From Octopus vulgaris (Eukaryota), in NCBI GenBank assembly GCA_951406725.2, contig OX597815.1:104718001-104782000 (forward strand): 64,000 nt of DNA, read 5' to 3'. The notes below the pieces were generated by a model. That model was not told where the DNA came from, did not search any database, and worked only from the letters and a program-made list of their open reading frames with translations. The translations under genes and the position numbers were made by a program. Shown here piece after piece: positions 27,099 to 42,609 of the stretch (position 1 is the stretch's first letter; every line of letters begins with the position of its first letter).

Positions 27099-27186
27099 TA
27101 TTTCTCCTTTCGCCTCGGTGTTACCTGAGCACTTCCATCTGCAGTCCTATTTTTACTCTTCGGTTTAACGAAATTATAAAATTATC

Positions 27187-27234
<48 letters not shown>

Positions 27235-27296
27235 ATTTCAAACTCAAACTGTTATATTTAATTTGTTAATCCGCATAACTTCTTCTATTATAAATA

Positions 27297-27351
<55 letters not shown>

Positions 27352-27441
27352 ATACATATGTATGTATATATATATATAATACAATCATAGACATAGATAT
27401 ACACATACATATATATATGCATACATACATACATACATATA

Positions 27442-27498
<57 letters not shown>

Positions 27499-27640
27499 TC
27501 AGTCAGTTGTTCATTATTCCGAAAGCACATTGAAGCGTTTTTGAGCAGTAATACTCTATGTACTCGTTGATCATGGCCGGTTAGAAAGTTACCATTAGTT
27601 TCCCATATAGCAATATATTGCTCTTAGCAATATAGGTGAC

Positions 27641-27680
<40 letters not shown>

Positions 27681-27889
27681 AAATATACACAAGTGCATGT
27701 GTTTGCATGTACCTGTATATGTAAGTACACATATGCGTATGTATTTTCTATTTGGTATAGAGAATAAAAAGAAATATTTGATTTTTTTTTAAATAGCGTA
27801 TTACATAACTGACACTGAAGAATAAAAGAAGTTAAAATTGATAAAACATTAAAAAATCCTCTACATGGAAGCATGAAACGTATTTGCAA

Positions 27890-28110
27890 TGACTACGGCT
27901 AATTAGTCATCACTGCAACTACATAGTTATGAATGGCGACCATATACTTATGACTGTAAGTATATTGTTATGACTACGGCTATATAACTCTAACTGCGAC
28001 TATGTAGCTACTTCTATGACTATATATCAATGATTGTGACTACATACGACAACCACTACATACCTATGAATATGGCTACGTAGCTAAACATAGCTGTAAC
28101 TGTCTATATA
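27890..28110. repeat. Degenerate minisatellite (atgact/gactac-rich)
   Basis: Recurrent atgactacggcta..ata units. Confidence 0.55.
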
Positions 28111-28888
28111 GTTAATTTTATAGCACCAGCTTGTCAGGTTGACTTAGCAAATCAACGACTATATTCTGTTTTTATTCAGAAAACAATAGTACCAAGCACC
28201 AACAAGTTATAACGTGTTAGTATCTTTTAACATCAGTTGCTGACTGACCTATCTTCAGATAAAAAGCTAATAGAACGACAGTTAAATCCTATAATCTGTG
28301 AGGAATTATAACAACGTTCGATCATAAAAAAATTTCATCTTATATATTTTTTATTTCTTCATACTGTCATATAATAAAACATTAATCCTTATTAGAAGTG
28401 AAAGAATAAAATGAAGGAAAATTAAGCCTAACAATCAAATTCATCAGCAGAAAACTAGTTATAGTTTTTGTTTAGCATCTTGTCAGCCCTGATCGGGTAG
28501 GTATATGTCCAAACGCATTTAGTCATAATTATTCTTTTTCTTTTAACCTTTTTCTAACGAATAGTATAAATTGAACTATAAAAAAACCCAAGGATATTTC
28601 GCTGCTATCTCTCGCAGATCGAGCAGCTACATAGCGACTTTAAGTTGACTTCTGTTATATTTTTAAATAGGTGAGAACTTTACCGTTTAGGTTCTGTTTT
28701 TTTTTTCACATTTTCATAAAGATGTATCCTCATTTGCATGTGAATATATATTGCAGTTTTGCTTAGTAATATGTTACTCAGAACCTTGCTTTTCTTTGCG
28801 TTTTGCTTTCTATATCTATATTTCTTCTTTCTTATGCGTATGTCTTTGCTTACGCGTCCATAAGTACACACACACGTATACATATTCG

Positions 28889-28963
<75 letters not shown>

Positions 28964-31152
28964 ATAGATGTATGTATACATACGAACAGAAAGATGGAGA
29001 GAGAGATTGATGTTTATTTTTATGTCGAGGAGTGATATATAAGAACATTTGGTCATGAAATAGAAAAATTACTCAATGTTTTTCGGCAACGCACCGTGTA
29101 TATATTTATACATATATTTGAAAGCATGACTTCAAAGTTTCGGTTTCTTTTGTGCGCGCGCGCTTGTGTACGTGCGTGTGTGTGTGTGTGTGCGCGCGCG
29201 CGTGTGTGTGTGTGTGTATGAATATTCTTTTCTTTCTTTTAGTGGTTTCACTCGTAGAACTGTAGGCATGCTGGAGCACCACCTGTATTCATGCTCATGT
29301 ATGCACACACGTGTATATCGATGTATATGCATAAGTTCTTTAACACACGACTTCTCTCTTTATCACTATAACTTTTGTCATGAAAAAAGTTATATAATCT
29401 ATAATCGATTGAATGAACTTCAATATTTTGCTGTTCCTTAACATTAAAAAACAAAACAAATTTAAATATGGGATCGGACCTAAACCTGTATATCATCACA
29501 TTACTTCTTTTACTTTCTTTGTTCAATGTTTCTACTGTCTTGAGAGGGATTTTAAAAAAGCTCAAATGTCAAGTGATTCCACTTCAGAATGACCTATGAT
29601 TCTTTTGAATATACATTTATCATGAAAGAATCTGTGAGTATATCCACTGAAATACTTCCATATAGAATGATTTTAATTTAGGGATAATTATTAAGCCCGT
29701 CCAGTGGGCCACTCAATCTTTTTCCTCCCATGATAAGTATTAGGAAAAATTCCTTAAATCTTTCAAGATGTTCAACATCTGATTTTATTTAATATCTGAA
29801 TTTTAGGAAATTTAGATTTGTTAATGATAGAAGTAATTTGGAAAATTTATTGCAGTTAGAGAGGCATATATGATTAGCAATGGAGAAAATTGCTTTCGCA
29901 TTATTTATAACTAAACTGTTTAGTTGATTTGAAAACAACTTTAAAGCTAGGTACTGAATTTGTAAGAGTATTAAGGTAGATATATTATCGTAAAACGTAA
30001 ATGAATGTAATTTCAATTCACATTTTGCCACACGGTACTCGAGTTGAAAAGCCAATAAAAAAGTAAATTTCATAAAGACAATCGATGCTGCAACACATAC
30101 ACGCTTATACAAACACATATACGCATATGCAGTATTTATAAATCCTCATAGTCATATTGTTACTTGGATATAAGAAAGTGAAATCACATCCTTTGTTTAA
30201 CGCTCATGAATTATGCCATTAGCTCTGCAACATGTTTTATTTCATTGATGATCTAATATATATTCTATTTATCTCCAACCATACTACTCTCCGCTCAGTC
30301 TAGATTAAAGGTGACCCGTTGTACGCCATCCAGTTCAGCTGCTGTTATATTTGCTCTTTATTTCTGTTTAACTACAAAGACAGAATATCTTTCAGTTCAC
30401 GAATATAATGAGAAACTAATGTGTTTCCATATATATACATTATTATATAAACTTATGAAAGGTTAATCATTTTTCAAATATCATCTAGGAAGATATATAT
30501 AGACAATCATGAAAAGTAGAAAGAACATTTTTACGAGTGGATGTTAAAGATTTCTAACAAGTACAAGGCCACACATTTATAGTTGCAGTCAATTGCTTCG
30601 ACTCCTGTATCTGACCAACGCTTATTTTAATCGACTCTAGAATGCAGAGCTGACTCAGAACATAAAGGAGCATTATTAAATCCAGCAGAATTTTTCTCCT
30701 CTGCTCTACCCATTCTTCCAAACACTGTCTAAAAACAGCTTGCTATAATGATAATGTAACTAATTGTTACCAGGCTAGTATCATGCAGTTTTTATAGTAT
30801 AAATGGTATTCAGTCTAATATTATAATAGCGCCTTTTTGAGTATAAGCTACTTAGTAACACCTTTTAACTATCATATACACAAGCATACCAAATATATCT
30901 AGTAACGTTACGTTTTTGCGTTGCAGATTTAATCTGTCGCTCGGATCTACCTGGCATCTCGAATACCTTTAGCGAAGAATTTCGCTTAGCTACACGCATT
31001 CGATCTAGGTCTCCAGCTCTAGAGTACCGTCCCCCTTCCTTCTATCAGTCTCGGAGATTATGTAAAGTGTCATAGACACTGCGTGTCCCTTCACCTGTGT
31101 GGTTGCGCAGTACTCAAACGAGCACACACAGATACCAGCATCATGCGCAAAT

Positions 31153-31189
<37 letters not shown>

Positions 31190-31288
31190 GGTACAAACAC
31201 ACAAAGAACACAAATATACAGACGCACTTATGCATAGTCAATCTCATTCTGCCTGTTTTTTCTGTCTGTCTCTCCATCTCCCTCGTTC

Positions 31289-31331
<43 letters not shown>

Positions 31332-31799
31332 TTCTTTCTTTCTTTCTTTCTTTCTCAAGCATACCTACCTAAAATTGGAACGTACTAAATTGGTATTTCT
31401 GGTATACAAAACATTGAGATAAAGGTCATATTTCTCCTTTTATCATCTAATTATTCATAGATCTTTGCATTTTACAGAATTTCAGAGATGTTGCAGAGAG
31501 TGACTGAATGATTGAATCTATCCCATTACATAATTCAAGGTGTCATACATCGTGGAGGACCCTTTTTATGTGTATGTTCTTGTCCATTTCCAAGCGACGT
31601 GTTGTTAAACACATACAGCGATAGACAACAGCTTTTCTGGCAGTTGCAACTAAAGTTTCAGAAGAGACACAAGCTCTTCTATTTTCCTTTCACTTTCCTT
31701 ATATCGGGGAGCGTCTTCAGAATTTTTCCACTCGACTGCTGAGGAGAAACTGTATAGTTCGCTTGTAGAGACTACTCCAAGCGAAGGAAGACTTGTTAA

Positions 31800-32338
31800 T
31801 GTTGTTGCAGTTCGTGGTGTCGTTTGTTTGTGTTCTGCCAGGATTATTGCTTTCGTGGCTGCTATCGTTTTTGCTGATGTTACAGTTAATGTTATTGCTG
31901 GTGTTACTGTTGTTACTGCTGCCCCCACTGTAACTGCAGTAACTTCAACTGCTGTCTTAAAGGTCATTGTTGCAGTTATTGCTGTTCCTGCTGCTAAATG
32001 CCGCTACTGCAACCGCCACTGTTGCTTTTGTTACCATTGCTACTGAAGGTGTTATTCTTGTTAATGTTGTTGATGTTGCTGGTGCTTGTTGCTGTTGCTG
32101 GTGAGCGGTCTGGTCCGAGCGGTCCGAACCGTGGTCCTTTGCTATTCGTAAGACCCGCAGAAGAGAAAGCAGGTCAACCCCCGACACCGAGAGCATCGAC
32201 AGATGGATGAATGCGCATCCAGGCTCAGCGGTTGCGTAGGAAGTCGGGGACAAGAAACAGGAAGAAAGAGTGAGAGAAAGTTGGGGTGAAAGAGTACAAC
32301 AAGGGTCGTCACCAGCCCCTGCCGGTGCCTCGTGGAGC
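31800..32338 (-). mobile_element. 5'-truncated SINE-like retroposon with a degenerate (CAA/CAG)n tail
   Basis: A GC-rich body (32100-32338) runs on the minus strand into a cagcaacaaca-type tail (31800-32100). It abuts the next element head-to-head. Confidence 0.5.
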
Positions 32339-32596
32339 GGGTGTTTCGTTCAACATCCTTAAATAACCCTTATTCAGGGACCTTTCGAGTGGGATGGGTT
32401 ACTCGACCTGAAGAAAATTCTAACTGGGCCCCACCTGCAAGGTCATGTGCTGTTTATTTTGATATGAGATAACCATGTCGCGCACATATGGTTGTGATGC
32501 ATGTGCCTAGTGTACCCTTAGTAGTCATGATGGTATACTGGGCTTCGTATATTTTACCCCAGTGTCACTTTGATGGCATTTACTGCTCTCTCACCC
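32339..32596 (+). mobile_element. 3' half of the ~555-bp (AAT)n-tailed non-coding element
   Basis: Highly similar to 33969-34235; ends ctctctcacc(c)aa(g)aataat. Confidence 0.9.
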
Positions 32597-32598
32597 AA

Positions 32599-32670
<72 letters not shown>

Positions 32671-32671
<1 letters not shown>

Positions 32672-33530
32672 CACAAGAAAAAAGGCATGGAAAGTAAAAA
32701 ATGTACGATCAGTTTGCAAGAGGTGTGAACGCCAAGACAGATACAGAGGATCAGTGGATATGGATGAGAAGGAGTGACCTGAAGATAGAGACAGAAGCAC
32801 TCATATGCGCAGCTCAAGAACAAGCGTTAAGAACCAACTATGTTAAGTGCAGAATAGACACCACCATCGACGGTGATAAATGCCGAATGTGTGGTGAGAG
32901 GGGTGAAGCGGTATGGCACATCGTTATCGAATGACCAAAATTGAAACAACGTGAATACAAAAGACGCTATGACAATATGGCAAGAATGATCTATTGGGAG
33001 CTCCGTGGAAATCACGGTCTGCAAAAAGCAAAGACGTGGTATGAGAAAACCCCAGAAGGAGTCATCGAAAATGAGAACTGCAAATTCCTGTGCTATGCAT
33101 TGCGATCACCTGACCAGACATCGGAAACTGGATATTGTTGCGGTGAATAAAAAAGAAAGAACATGCATAATAATCGACATAGCATACCCCGGTGACAACA
33201 GTATCAATGTGAAAGAAAAATAAAAAATAAATAACTATGACGATTTGAAGTGGGAAATACGAAGGTAGTGGTTAATGAGAAGAGTAGACGTGATACCAAT
33301 ACTAATTGGTGCACTAGGAAGTATCAGCACTCAACTACCAGCATGGTTAAAAAATATTGATGCAAGTGTGAAGGTAGAACACCTACAAAAATCAGCATTG
33401 CTTGGAACTGAAAGAATTCTTCGCAAGCGTTTTGAAGCATGACTAGTAAAGAAGTGTTACCTTAGTCTGCTATCTGTGGCAGCTAACATTTTCCATTATA
33501 CTCAGGAAAATAAGCTGTGAGTTTTAGTCA
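32671..33530 (+). mobile_element. 3' fragment of an R4/Dong-like RLE non-LTR retrotransposon in (TAA)n
   Basis: DLKIETEALICAAQEQALRTNY, CRMCGERGEAVWHIVIE (CCHC knuckle), KLDIVAVNKKERTCIIIDIAYP (PD-D/ExK endonuclease) and IPILIGALG..LQKSALLGT.RILRK, then a short UTR and (ATA)n. Contains stops and frameshifts. Confidence 0.92.
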
Positions 33531-33560
33531 AATAATAATAATAATAATAATAATTATTAT

Positions 33561-34270
<710 letters not shown>

Positions 34271-34319
34271 TGATGATGATGATAATAATAATAATAATAA
34301 TAATAACAACAACAACAAC

Positions 34320-35640
34320 AACCTTAGCACGACTTGGATGGATTAGAAGAAGGCTTTTGACAGTGTCCCTCATGCATGGATCATCAAGGCTCTGAAAATT
34401 TACAAGATAGCTCCAAAAATTATGAAACTCTCTTAAGTAATCATGAATTCATGGAGAACTACCCTTATTTTAAACCATACACAAAGATATACCACCTCAC
34501 CAGACATCAATATCACCTATGGTATCTTTCAAGGTGATTCATTATCATCATTACTATTCTACCTCGATCTGTTCCCATTATCCACGCAACTGAATAATGC
34601 TAAGAGAGGGTATAAGATCTTTGACCAGAAAATTAATCATCTACCCTATATGGATGATCCAAAACTGTTTGCCGAAAACGACGAAAAATTAGAAGAGCTC
34701 CTGAATATTGTCAAAGAATTCAGCTCTTATATAGGTATGGAATTCGGACTTGATAAATATGCAAATGCTACTTTCAAGTCAGGGAAGTTCATAAAGGCAG
34801 AAAACATAGACTTTGATACTACCACAGCTATTCGAAACCTAAACCAGTCCGAAGTATACAAATATCTGGGAACCAATGACGGTGATGGTATCCAGCACTC
34901 TAAAATTAAAGAGAAAATCCGCAAGGAATGCTACCGAAGGGTAAGAATCGTCATAAACTCAGAATTAAATGCTGCTAACAGAATTAATGCGATCAATTCT
35001 TTGGCCATACCAGCAACCACATATATAGCTTCGATATCATTAGGTGCAGTCTCACTGACATGCAGCATATGGATGGAGAGATCCGTAAAATCTTTATAAG
35101 GTACCGAACTAGTGACAGCTACATCACATCACACTTCGAAAGTTATTCATCAGCAATCTAAGAACAAGAGATTACTACGAAACGCGTAATAAACAAGAGA
35201 CAGTTAAGCTGTTGGAGTTCCAAGATGCAACCGAAAATGTAGATTATGTTATATCTATGTTGAAGACATCGCATATATAATATAGCAGCTGTCCAAAAAT
35301 GTCACGAAGGTACAATCTTCTTATGTGATACTACCTCCCTTGCAAAAAACAATATACAATGCCATCCACAAAAAGTCCCTCTTTCAATAATATAGAAAAT
35401 ACCCCTTTTATTGAATATGGACACAAGCATCGACTCAAGGATTACGAGTGGAACATTTCTCATCGAAACACCTGTGAACACCAGACCGGATATTGTTTTA
35501 TTATTTATTTTCTTTGATAGGCAAAAAAAAAAAAAGTGTGTACCGATATAGAAATGAGCTGCTCTGCTGATGTGAATATCTCTTTGAAAACCAAAGAGAA
35601 AGAGGATAACTATTGACAACTGCTTCGAAAACTCCAACTT
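34320..35640 (+). mobile_element. R4/Dong-like LINE fragment (RT through degenerate endonuclease)
   Basis: WMD*KKAFDSVPHAWI, GIFQGDSLSSLLF, HLPYMDDPKLFA, GMEFGLDKYA, YKYLG, KECYRRVR, AINSLAIP; downstream ENVDYVIS and NTRPDIVL. Starts at an (AAT/AAC)n tract. Confidence 0.9.
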
Positions 35641-36268
35641 CTGTATCCCGATTTCAAATTTACATTTATACCAATGATAATTGGCACACTTGGATTTGTG
35701 ACTAAATACCTAACTGTCAGTCTTATTCGCACATTTCAAATACAATCTGTAAGAGAAAGAGTAAAAACAGGCAATACATTTCTCAAGTTTAAAATGTGAC
35801 TTTGTTTTCTTTATCTACATTCAAACGATGGAGCTTTGTACCTTTGTTAGAAACCAGCTCCTTCCTCAGGGGAAGGATTTAAATAATTAAAAACAGAAGA
35901 GAACATACATATGGATCTAGATTGGTGTATATGTAAATAAATGTGTGGTGTGTGTATATATAAATATATATATATTTCTGTGTGTGTGTGCATGTTTGTG
36001 TGTGCATGTGTGTGTGTGCGTGCGCGTGTGTGTTTGTGTGTGTGTGTGTGTGCATGTTTCTCTCTCTCTGTGTTTATGCAAATCCCTAACCTAAATTCTA
36101 AATATATGCATGACAATTGACGAATATTCAACCTGTTACATATGGCATAGACTATGAAAAGCGTAGTGCATTTTCAAAGAAATGATTATGAGCTCGCTTT
36201 AATATGCAAAATGCCTCAGGTTTTATCGTGAGATTTCTTTTTTGAAATGTATAAGCATACATATACAT

Positions 36269-36306
<38 letters not shown>

Positions 36307-36513
36307 GAATACATGCATACAAACACACACACATATACAGACATACAAACACAGGAATAGCTGCATCGACTTATCCATCAATGTATGTATGTATGTATCT
36401 CTCTCTCTCCCTCTCTCTCTCTATCTATTTATATACATATGAATATATATACACATATTTATATGTATATATATGTAACTATATAATAGATACATATATA
36501 TATACATATATTA

Positions 36514-36537
36514 TGTACACTATTATGCATGCGCCAA

Positions 36538-36573
<36 letters not shown>

Positions 36574-37019
36574 CATGTATATCTGTATATATATATATAT
36601 ATGTATATACATATATATGCATATATATGCATACATATATGTATATATATGCATGTATATATATATATATGCATATATATATATACATATATATGTATAT
36701 ATATATATGCATATATTTATATATATATGCATATATATATGTATATATACAGATATGTGTATATATGTATATATATACACATATATACACATATCTGTAT
36801 ATATACATATATATATGCATATATATATATGTAAATATATGCATATATATATATATACATATATATGTATATATATATATATGCATATATATATATGCAT
36901 ATATACATGCATATATATACATATATGTATGCATATATATGCATATATATGTACATATATGTATATACATATATATATATATACAGATATACATGTATAT
37001 ATATACATATATACATACG

Positions 37020-37058
<39 letters not shown>

Positions 37059-37078
37059 TGCATGCATAATAGTGTACT
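36514..37078. repeat. ~565-bp palindromic TA-rich compound microsatellite with 25-bp unique inverted ends
   Basis: gtacactattatgcatgcgccaata / tattggtgcatgcataatagtgtac at the ends; internal interruptions are mirrored about a centre near 36770. Confidence 0.88.
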
Positions 37079-37403
37079 TTATTGCTAATATCTTTTCTTG
37101 ACATAGTCGTGATATATGTGTTGAACAATTTTAGAGAATGTTAACAAAGTAGTCAATTTATAATTGTGTTTTAAAGTAACATCGATGTTATGAATATATG
37201 TAAAGTCTATTTCTTTTGATGAAACAACTTCATATGTGCATTAATATATGCCATAGTTAATGGATGTTTTCAAATAAAAGACTGCTTTGAATGCAACTCT
37301 TCCTTTCTGCCTTCTCTAGTTTCTGGATCTATTTATACTAGCTATAAATGCATTTATAGTACTATGCATTTACTTTTACGTTTTACGCACATACACGCAT
37401 GCA

Positions 37404-37649
<246 letters not shown>

Positions 37650-37727
37650 CTGTGCCTTTCAGTTATAATGTATTAAAGAATAATCTACATTTGTATTGGG
37701 TCCAGCAATTCATCGCTTCTGGTGAAT

Positions 37728-37808
<81 letters not shown>

Positions 37809-38164
37809 CGCATGTGTGTGTGTGTGTGTGTATACGTACAATCTTTTACATCTCTAACGATACAGGTACACACACTCACACACACAGATATATGTGTACA
37901 TATACACACGTACATGCATGTGTGTGTGTGTGTGTGTGTGTGTTTGCATATACTGCTAGAGATGTTTAACATAGTTATTATAAAATGAAAACATTTATCA
38001 TTTCTCCATCATTAATTTTCATATGGAAATATTTATATGTTCTAGTTTTTATCGACCTGTTTTTTTTTGGGTGGGGGGCACTATTCTAGCACTACACCGA
38101 ACGATTAGACTATTGTAGAATACCATAGCACTATATCATATAGCACAATATCATATGGTTATAC

Positions 38165-38443
38165 TGTACTTCTTCACAATATCATAGTATAAAGTCTACA
38201 GGAGAATGCAATACGATAGTACTATAGTTTATCCCACGACTATTGTTCGCTACCGAAGTATGATACTATAGCACAAAAGTGCGCATGTATATCCTCATAC
38301 GCTGACTATACTACTTCACAATAAAATAGTATAAAACTATACAGGAGAGCGCAATACAATAGTACTATACTTTATCCCACTACTATTGTCCTCGACCGAA
38401 GTATGATACTATAGCACAGAAGTGCGCATGTGTATCCTCATAC
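38165..38443 (+). repeat. Tandem duplication, 2 x ~142 bp
   Basis: cttcacaat...acaggag...ccgaagtatgatactatagcaca.aagtgcgcatgt.tatcctcatac occurs at 38172 and 38314. Confidence 0.9.
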
Positions 38444-38756
38444 TCTGCAAAATAGTAAATGTTTCATTTTCACCACAGCTATAAATTAGTTCATAAAAGG
38501 CAGGCTATAAGTGTAATGGCACTTTAATAAGATCTTTTAAAGTTCTTAGAGTTTTATATTTATAACCGAAACCATGAATAATAATGTAGGACCAATTTAT
38601 TGGTAAATTTTACAAATATTTTGATAATCATATACATAATTATAACAAAGGATTGGCTATAAGCCTCTTTTTCTGGCGCGTGGAGAGGCTTATAGCTAAT
38701 CCCTTGTAATAATTATGTATATAAATATTATCAAATATATATATATATATATATAA

Positions 38757-40628
38757 CCACTGTCTCACCCATCGGGCTATTGATTGATGATAACGGCATT
38801 CCCCAACACGATGCTAAAGAAATGGCAGAAATACTGCAGAAACAATACTGCTCTGTATTTAGTGTTCCCATTGATATTGACGTAAGAGAAGCGAACGAAG
38901 TTGACTCCCAACATAAAATCTCAGACATAACCTTCACTGCCACTGACATCGTAGCAGCAATAAATGAGGTCAAATACTACTCTGCTGTAGGCCCTGATAG
39001 ATTCCCCGCTAGTCTCCTGAAGGAATGTAGACACCAACTTGCAGTCCCTCTGACCAACCTCTGGAGAAATTCGTTAGACGCAGGTTATATACTGAAACAG
39101 TTTCTATCCCAGTCGGTCATCCCGGTTTTCAAACAGGGAAACAGATCCCTCGCAGTCAACTATCGCCCAATCTCATTCATCTTCCACATCATTAAAGTGT
39201 TTGAAAGAGTGTTAAGATCAAGGATAGCTGACTCCCTGGAGACCCACAAACTCCTAAATGCAAATCAGCATGGCTTTCGCTGTGGCAGGGACTGTCTAAC
39301 ACAGCTCTTACACCACATTGAAGATGTACTCAAAGCCTTGGGAACAGGTTCGAACTCTGACGTCATATATCTTGACTTCAGTAAAGCGTTCGACAGGGTA
39401 GACCATAATATTCTACTCTCAAAATTGGCAAATGTTGGAATCCGTGGAAAAGTTCTACACTGGATTAAGTATTTCCTGGCGAATAGGACACAACATGTTG
39501 TAGTTGATTGAGTCCACTCAAGCCCAGCAAAAGTCACCAGCGGTGTTCCCCAGGGGACTGTCTTGGGTCCGCTACTCTTCATAATTTATGTAAACGACCT
39601 TTCCAGTGTCGTACATTACTGCAAAGTGAAAATATTTGCTGATGACACTAAGCTCCAGCAAATCGTCAATGAAGAAGCAGACCGAGCTGAACTCTAGTCT
39701 GATCTATATGCTGTGAGTCAATGGGCAGACAGAAACAAAATGCAACTGAATGAGGGAAATTTTGAGCTGATGCATTTTGGAAGAAATTCCTCACTAAAAC
39801 AAGCCATACTCTCTTCCTTCAGGGGAACCACTCACAACCTCTAACAATATCAGTGACCTGGGTGTAATTGTTGATGACGATCTCAGTTGGAGTGCACACA
39901 TCAACAAGAAGGTCGATATAGCCCGTAGGATGAGTTCCTGGATCTTAAGAACTATCCGGTCCAGAGAACAAGGTGTCATCATACCACTTTTCTTCTCCTT
40001 TGTACGGCCACACCTTGAATATTGCTGCCCACTGTCGTCTCCCCACACAAGACAAAACATCTCCAGGATTGAGTAACCCCAGAGGGCACTCACTAAACGA
40101 ATTGAAGGCATGGCTGCTCTCGATTATTGGGATCGCCTTAAAGCCTTGAAACTTTACTCTCTCCAGCGTCGCCGTGAGCGGTACATCATTTGTACGATGT
40201 GGAGAATATACCGCCAACTTTGCCCAAACGACCTTAACATTAGCTTCAAGGTTCATCCAAGACTGGGACCACGGGCCATACGTCCCCTGCCCAATTCAAG
40301 ATCACAGCATACATGTACACTGCAACATAATTTCTTTTCCTCAACAGGCCCTGCCCTATTTAACATTGTCCCGAGGGAGATCAAAGAGGAAAAGGATCCC
40401 ATCAACTTTAAACGGAGTTTGGATAGGTTCCTTCAAAGAATACCAGATAAGCCACCCATAATTGGATACAACACACCCAACAAGAACTCACTACTTGAAT
40501 GGACCATAAACAAAACTTGACTTAAACAAGATTCGAATAATCCTATCAGGTGGTGCTATTAAGTTAGACATGGCCTGGACCAATCTTTGGTCGAAACATA
40601 TCTAAGTTTTACCTAAGTTCTAAGTTTT
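38757..40628 (+). mobile_element. 5'-truncated CR1-clade LINE (RT domain plus 3' UTR), inactivated
   Basis: [91 protein letters not shown]. In-frame stops (e.g. 39509) and a frameshift. Ends in a ctaagtt tandem tail. (TA)n on both sides. Confidence 0.93.
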
Positions 40629-40636
40629 ATATATAA

Positions 40637-40676
<40 letters not shown>

Positions 40677-40935
40677 CCAAAATCACAGAGTAGGAGTACG
40701 ACGGAGTAGGAGAAAGAGTAATACAAGTGAAGGGAGAGGAGAGAAAATAGTAATTCAGTAAAGGAGAAGTAGTGAGAGTAATAGCCCTGACTGAGAGAGA
40801 GAGAGTGAGAGTAAGTAATAGCAATGGAGAAAGGAGGGGGTGATAGATGAATAAGGAAAGAAGAAGTGAAAATAATCAGCGTTTCAACTCTGTATGAATA
40901 TATGTGCGTGTATGTAAAAGGGAGGTATGTGAATG

Positions 40936-41001
<66 letters not shown>

Positions 41002-41390
41002 TGTGTGTGCAATGGAAATGGGATAGCGAACGTTCAACGTTGAAATGAAAAATCATACAGAATTTCAACTCTGTGTGAGTATATGTGTGTATGTGTGTGC
41101 ATGTACAAGGGAAGTATGTGAATGTTTGTATCTCTGATTATTATGTACTTTATTTAATAGCTTATTTATATATACAACACTATAATTAGCCGTCACTTTT
41201 GACGGCACAGGGTCAGCTGGTAATTTATAATCAATTTGGCAGATACAGGCACGCTTCGGTGAGTAATTTGTTTTCTGAATTCTATAAACAAGAGGCTGCT
41301 CTCTTGTTTAATTTCATAAAATCATTACAAGCAGTAAACAACCATCACACGCACATACACACACAAACACACACACACACGCACACACAT

Positions 41391-41464
<74 letters not shown>

Positions 41465-41848
41465 TAACATACATACACACAGTCACACACATATTTGCAG
41501 TTTTCGATTCTTAGAAACGGAATGAACCTGAACTAATGTAAGGTACTCAATACCTGAGAAGAAAGTACATTTCTTCATTCAATGAAAAGAGAATCTTACA
41601 GAAATTGTCTTGTTACATTTTTGGAGAGTTCAGCAGGTGACAGAGCTAAGCTTTTAAGTCTATTCACCTGATACCTACAGAACCGATACTTTGATATATA
41701 TAATTCTTATGCAATACATTTTACCACAAAATGTAGTTCATTGTATAACACTAATGCAAATTAGTGAATACTGTTCACCGCTCTCTCTCCATACACACAC
41801 ACACGCGCATATAAACATACATCTATATATATTTACATACACATACAC

Positions 41849-41890
<42 letters not shown>

Positions 41891-42140
41891 GTGTGTTTGT
41901 GAGTGACAGAAACTTGTTCAGGACTATTACCTTGTATTCTAGGTGAATTCAACAAATTCTACAGAAATGCAACTGAAGTAGTCCTGTAAGGCCAATTTAC
42001 TAACTTACCATTACATACATACATATATACATGCATACATACATATATATATATACATATATATATATACATAATCATATACATACATAATCATACATAT
42101 GCATATATACGTATATATATATATATACATATATATAAAT

Positions 42141-42203
<63 letters not shown>

Positions 42204-42216
42204 CATATATACATAT

Positions 42217-42314
<98 letters not shown>

Positions 42315-42502
42315 TCGCCATGATAGATCGCTAGCCACTACGCATTCTTTATTTTCTCTCCTTGTTTCTCCCTGTGTTCCTTTCTGTGAAAGAGCGTAGG
42401 CTCAAACGTTAAAGACTTTTTCACTTCTCGAGTGTTATACTAATACATCTGTTTGTTGTCTACACTACCTGTCTTGTCTTTTGTTTTTTTTATGAATTCT
42501 CC

Positions 42503-42505
<3 letters not shown>
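42315..42505 (+). mobile_element. Solo PLE terminal-repeat element with a degenerate family-A hammerhead motif
   Basis: cctttctgtgaaagagcgtaggctcaaacgttaaagac (G12 lost); embedded in (TA)n. Confidence 0.75.
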
Positions 42506-42559
<54 letters not shown>

Positions 42560-42565
42560 TATATA

Positions 42566-42609
<44 letters not shown>

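Noticed and set aside
31650-32253. Thr/Ala/Val-rich ORFs resembling a mucin-like protein
   Set aside because: Translation of a degenerate (CAA/CAG/GTT) repeat tail; no splice signals or domain.
40560-40606. CR1 3' UTR ttaga..gacc(N7)ggtc-gaaa-cata-tctaa resembling a hammerhead
   Set aside because: There is no CUGANGA-like or compensated core; better explained as the LINE 3' recognition stem-loop.
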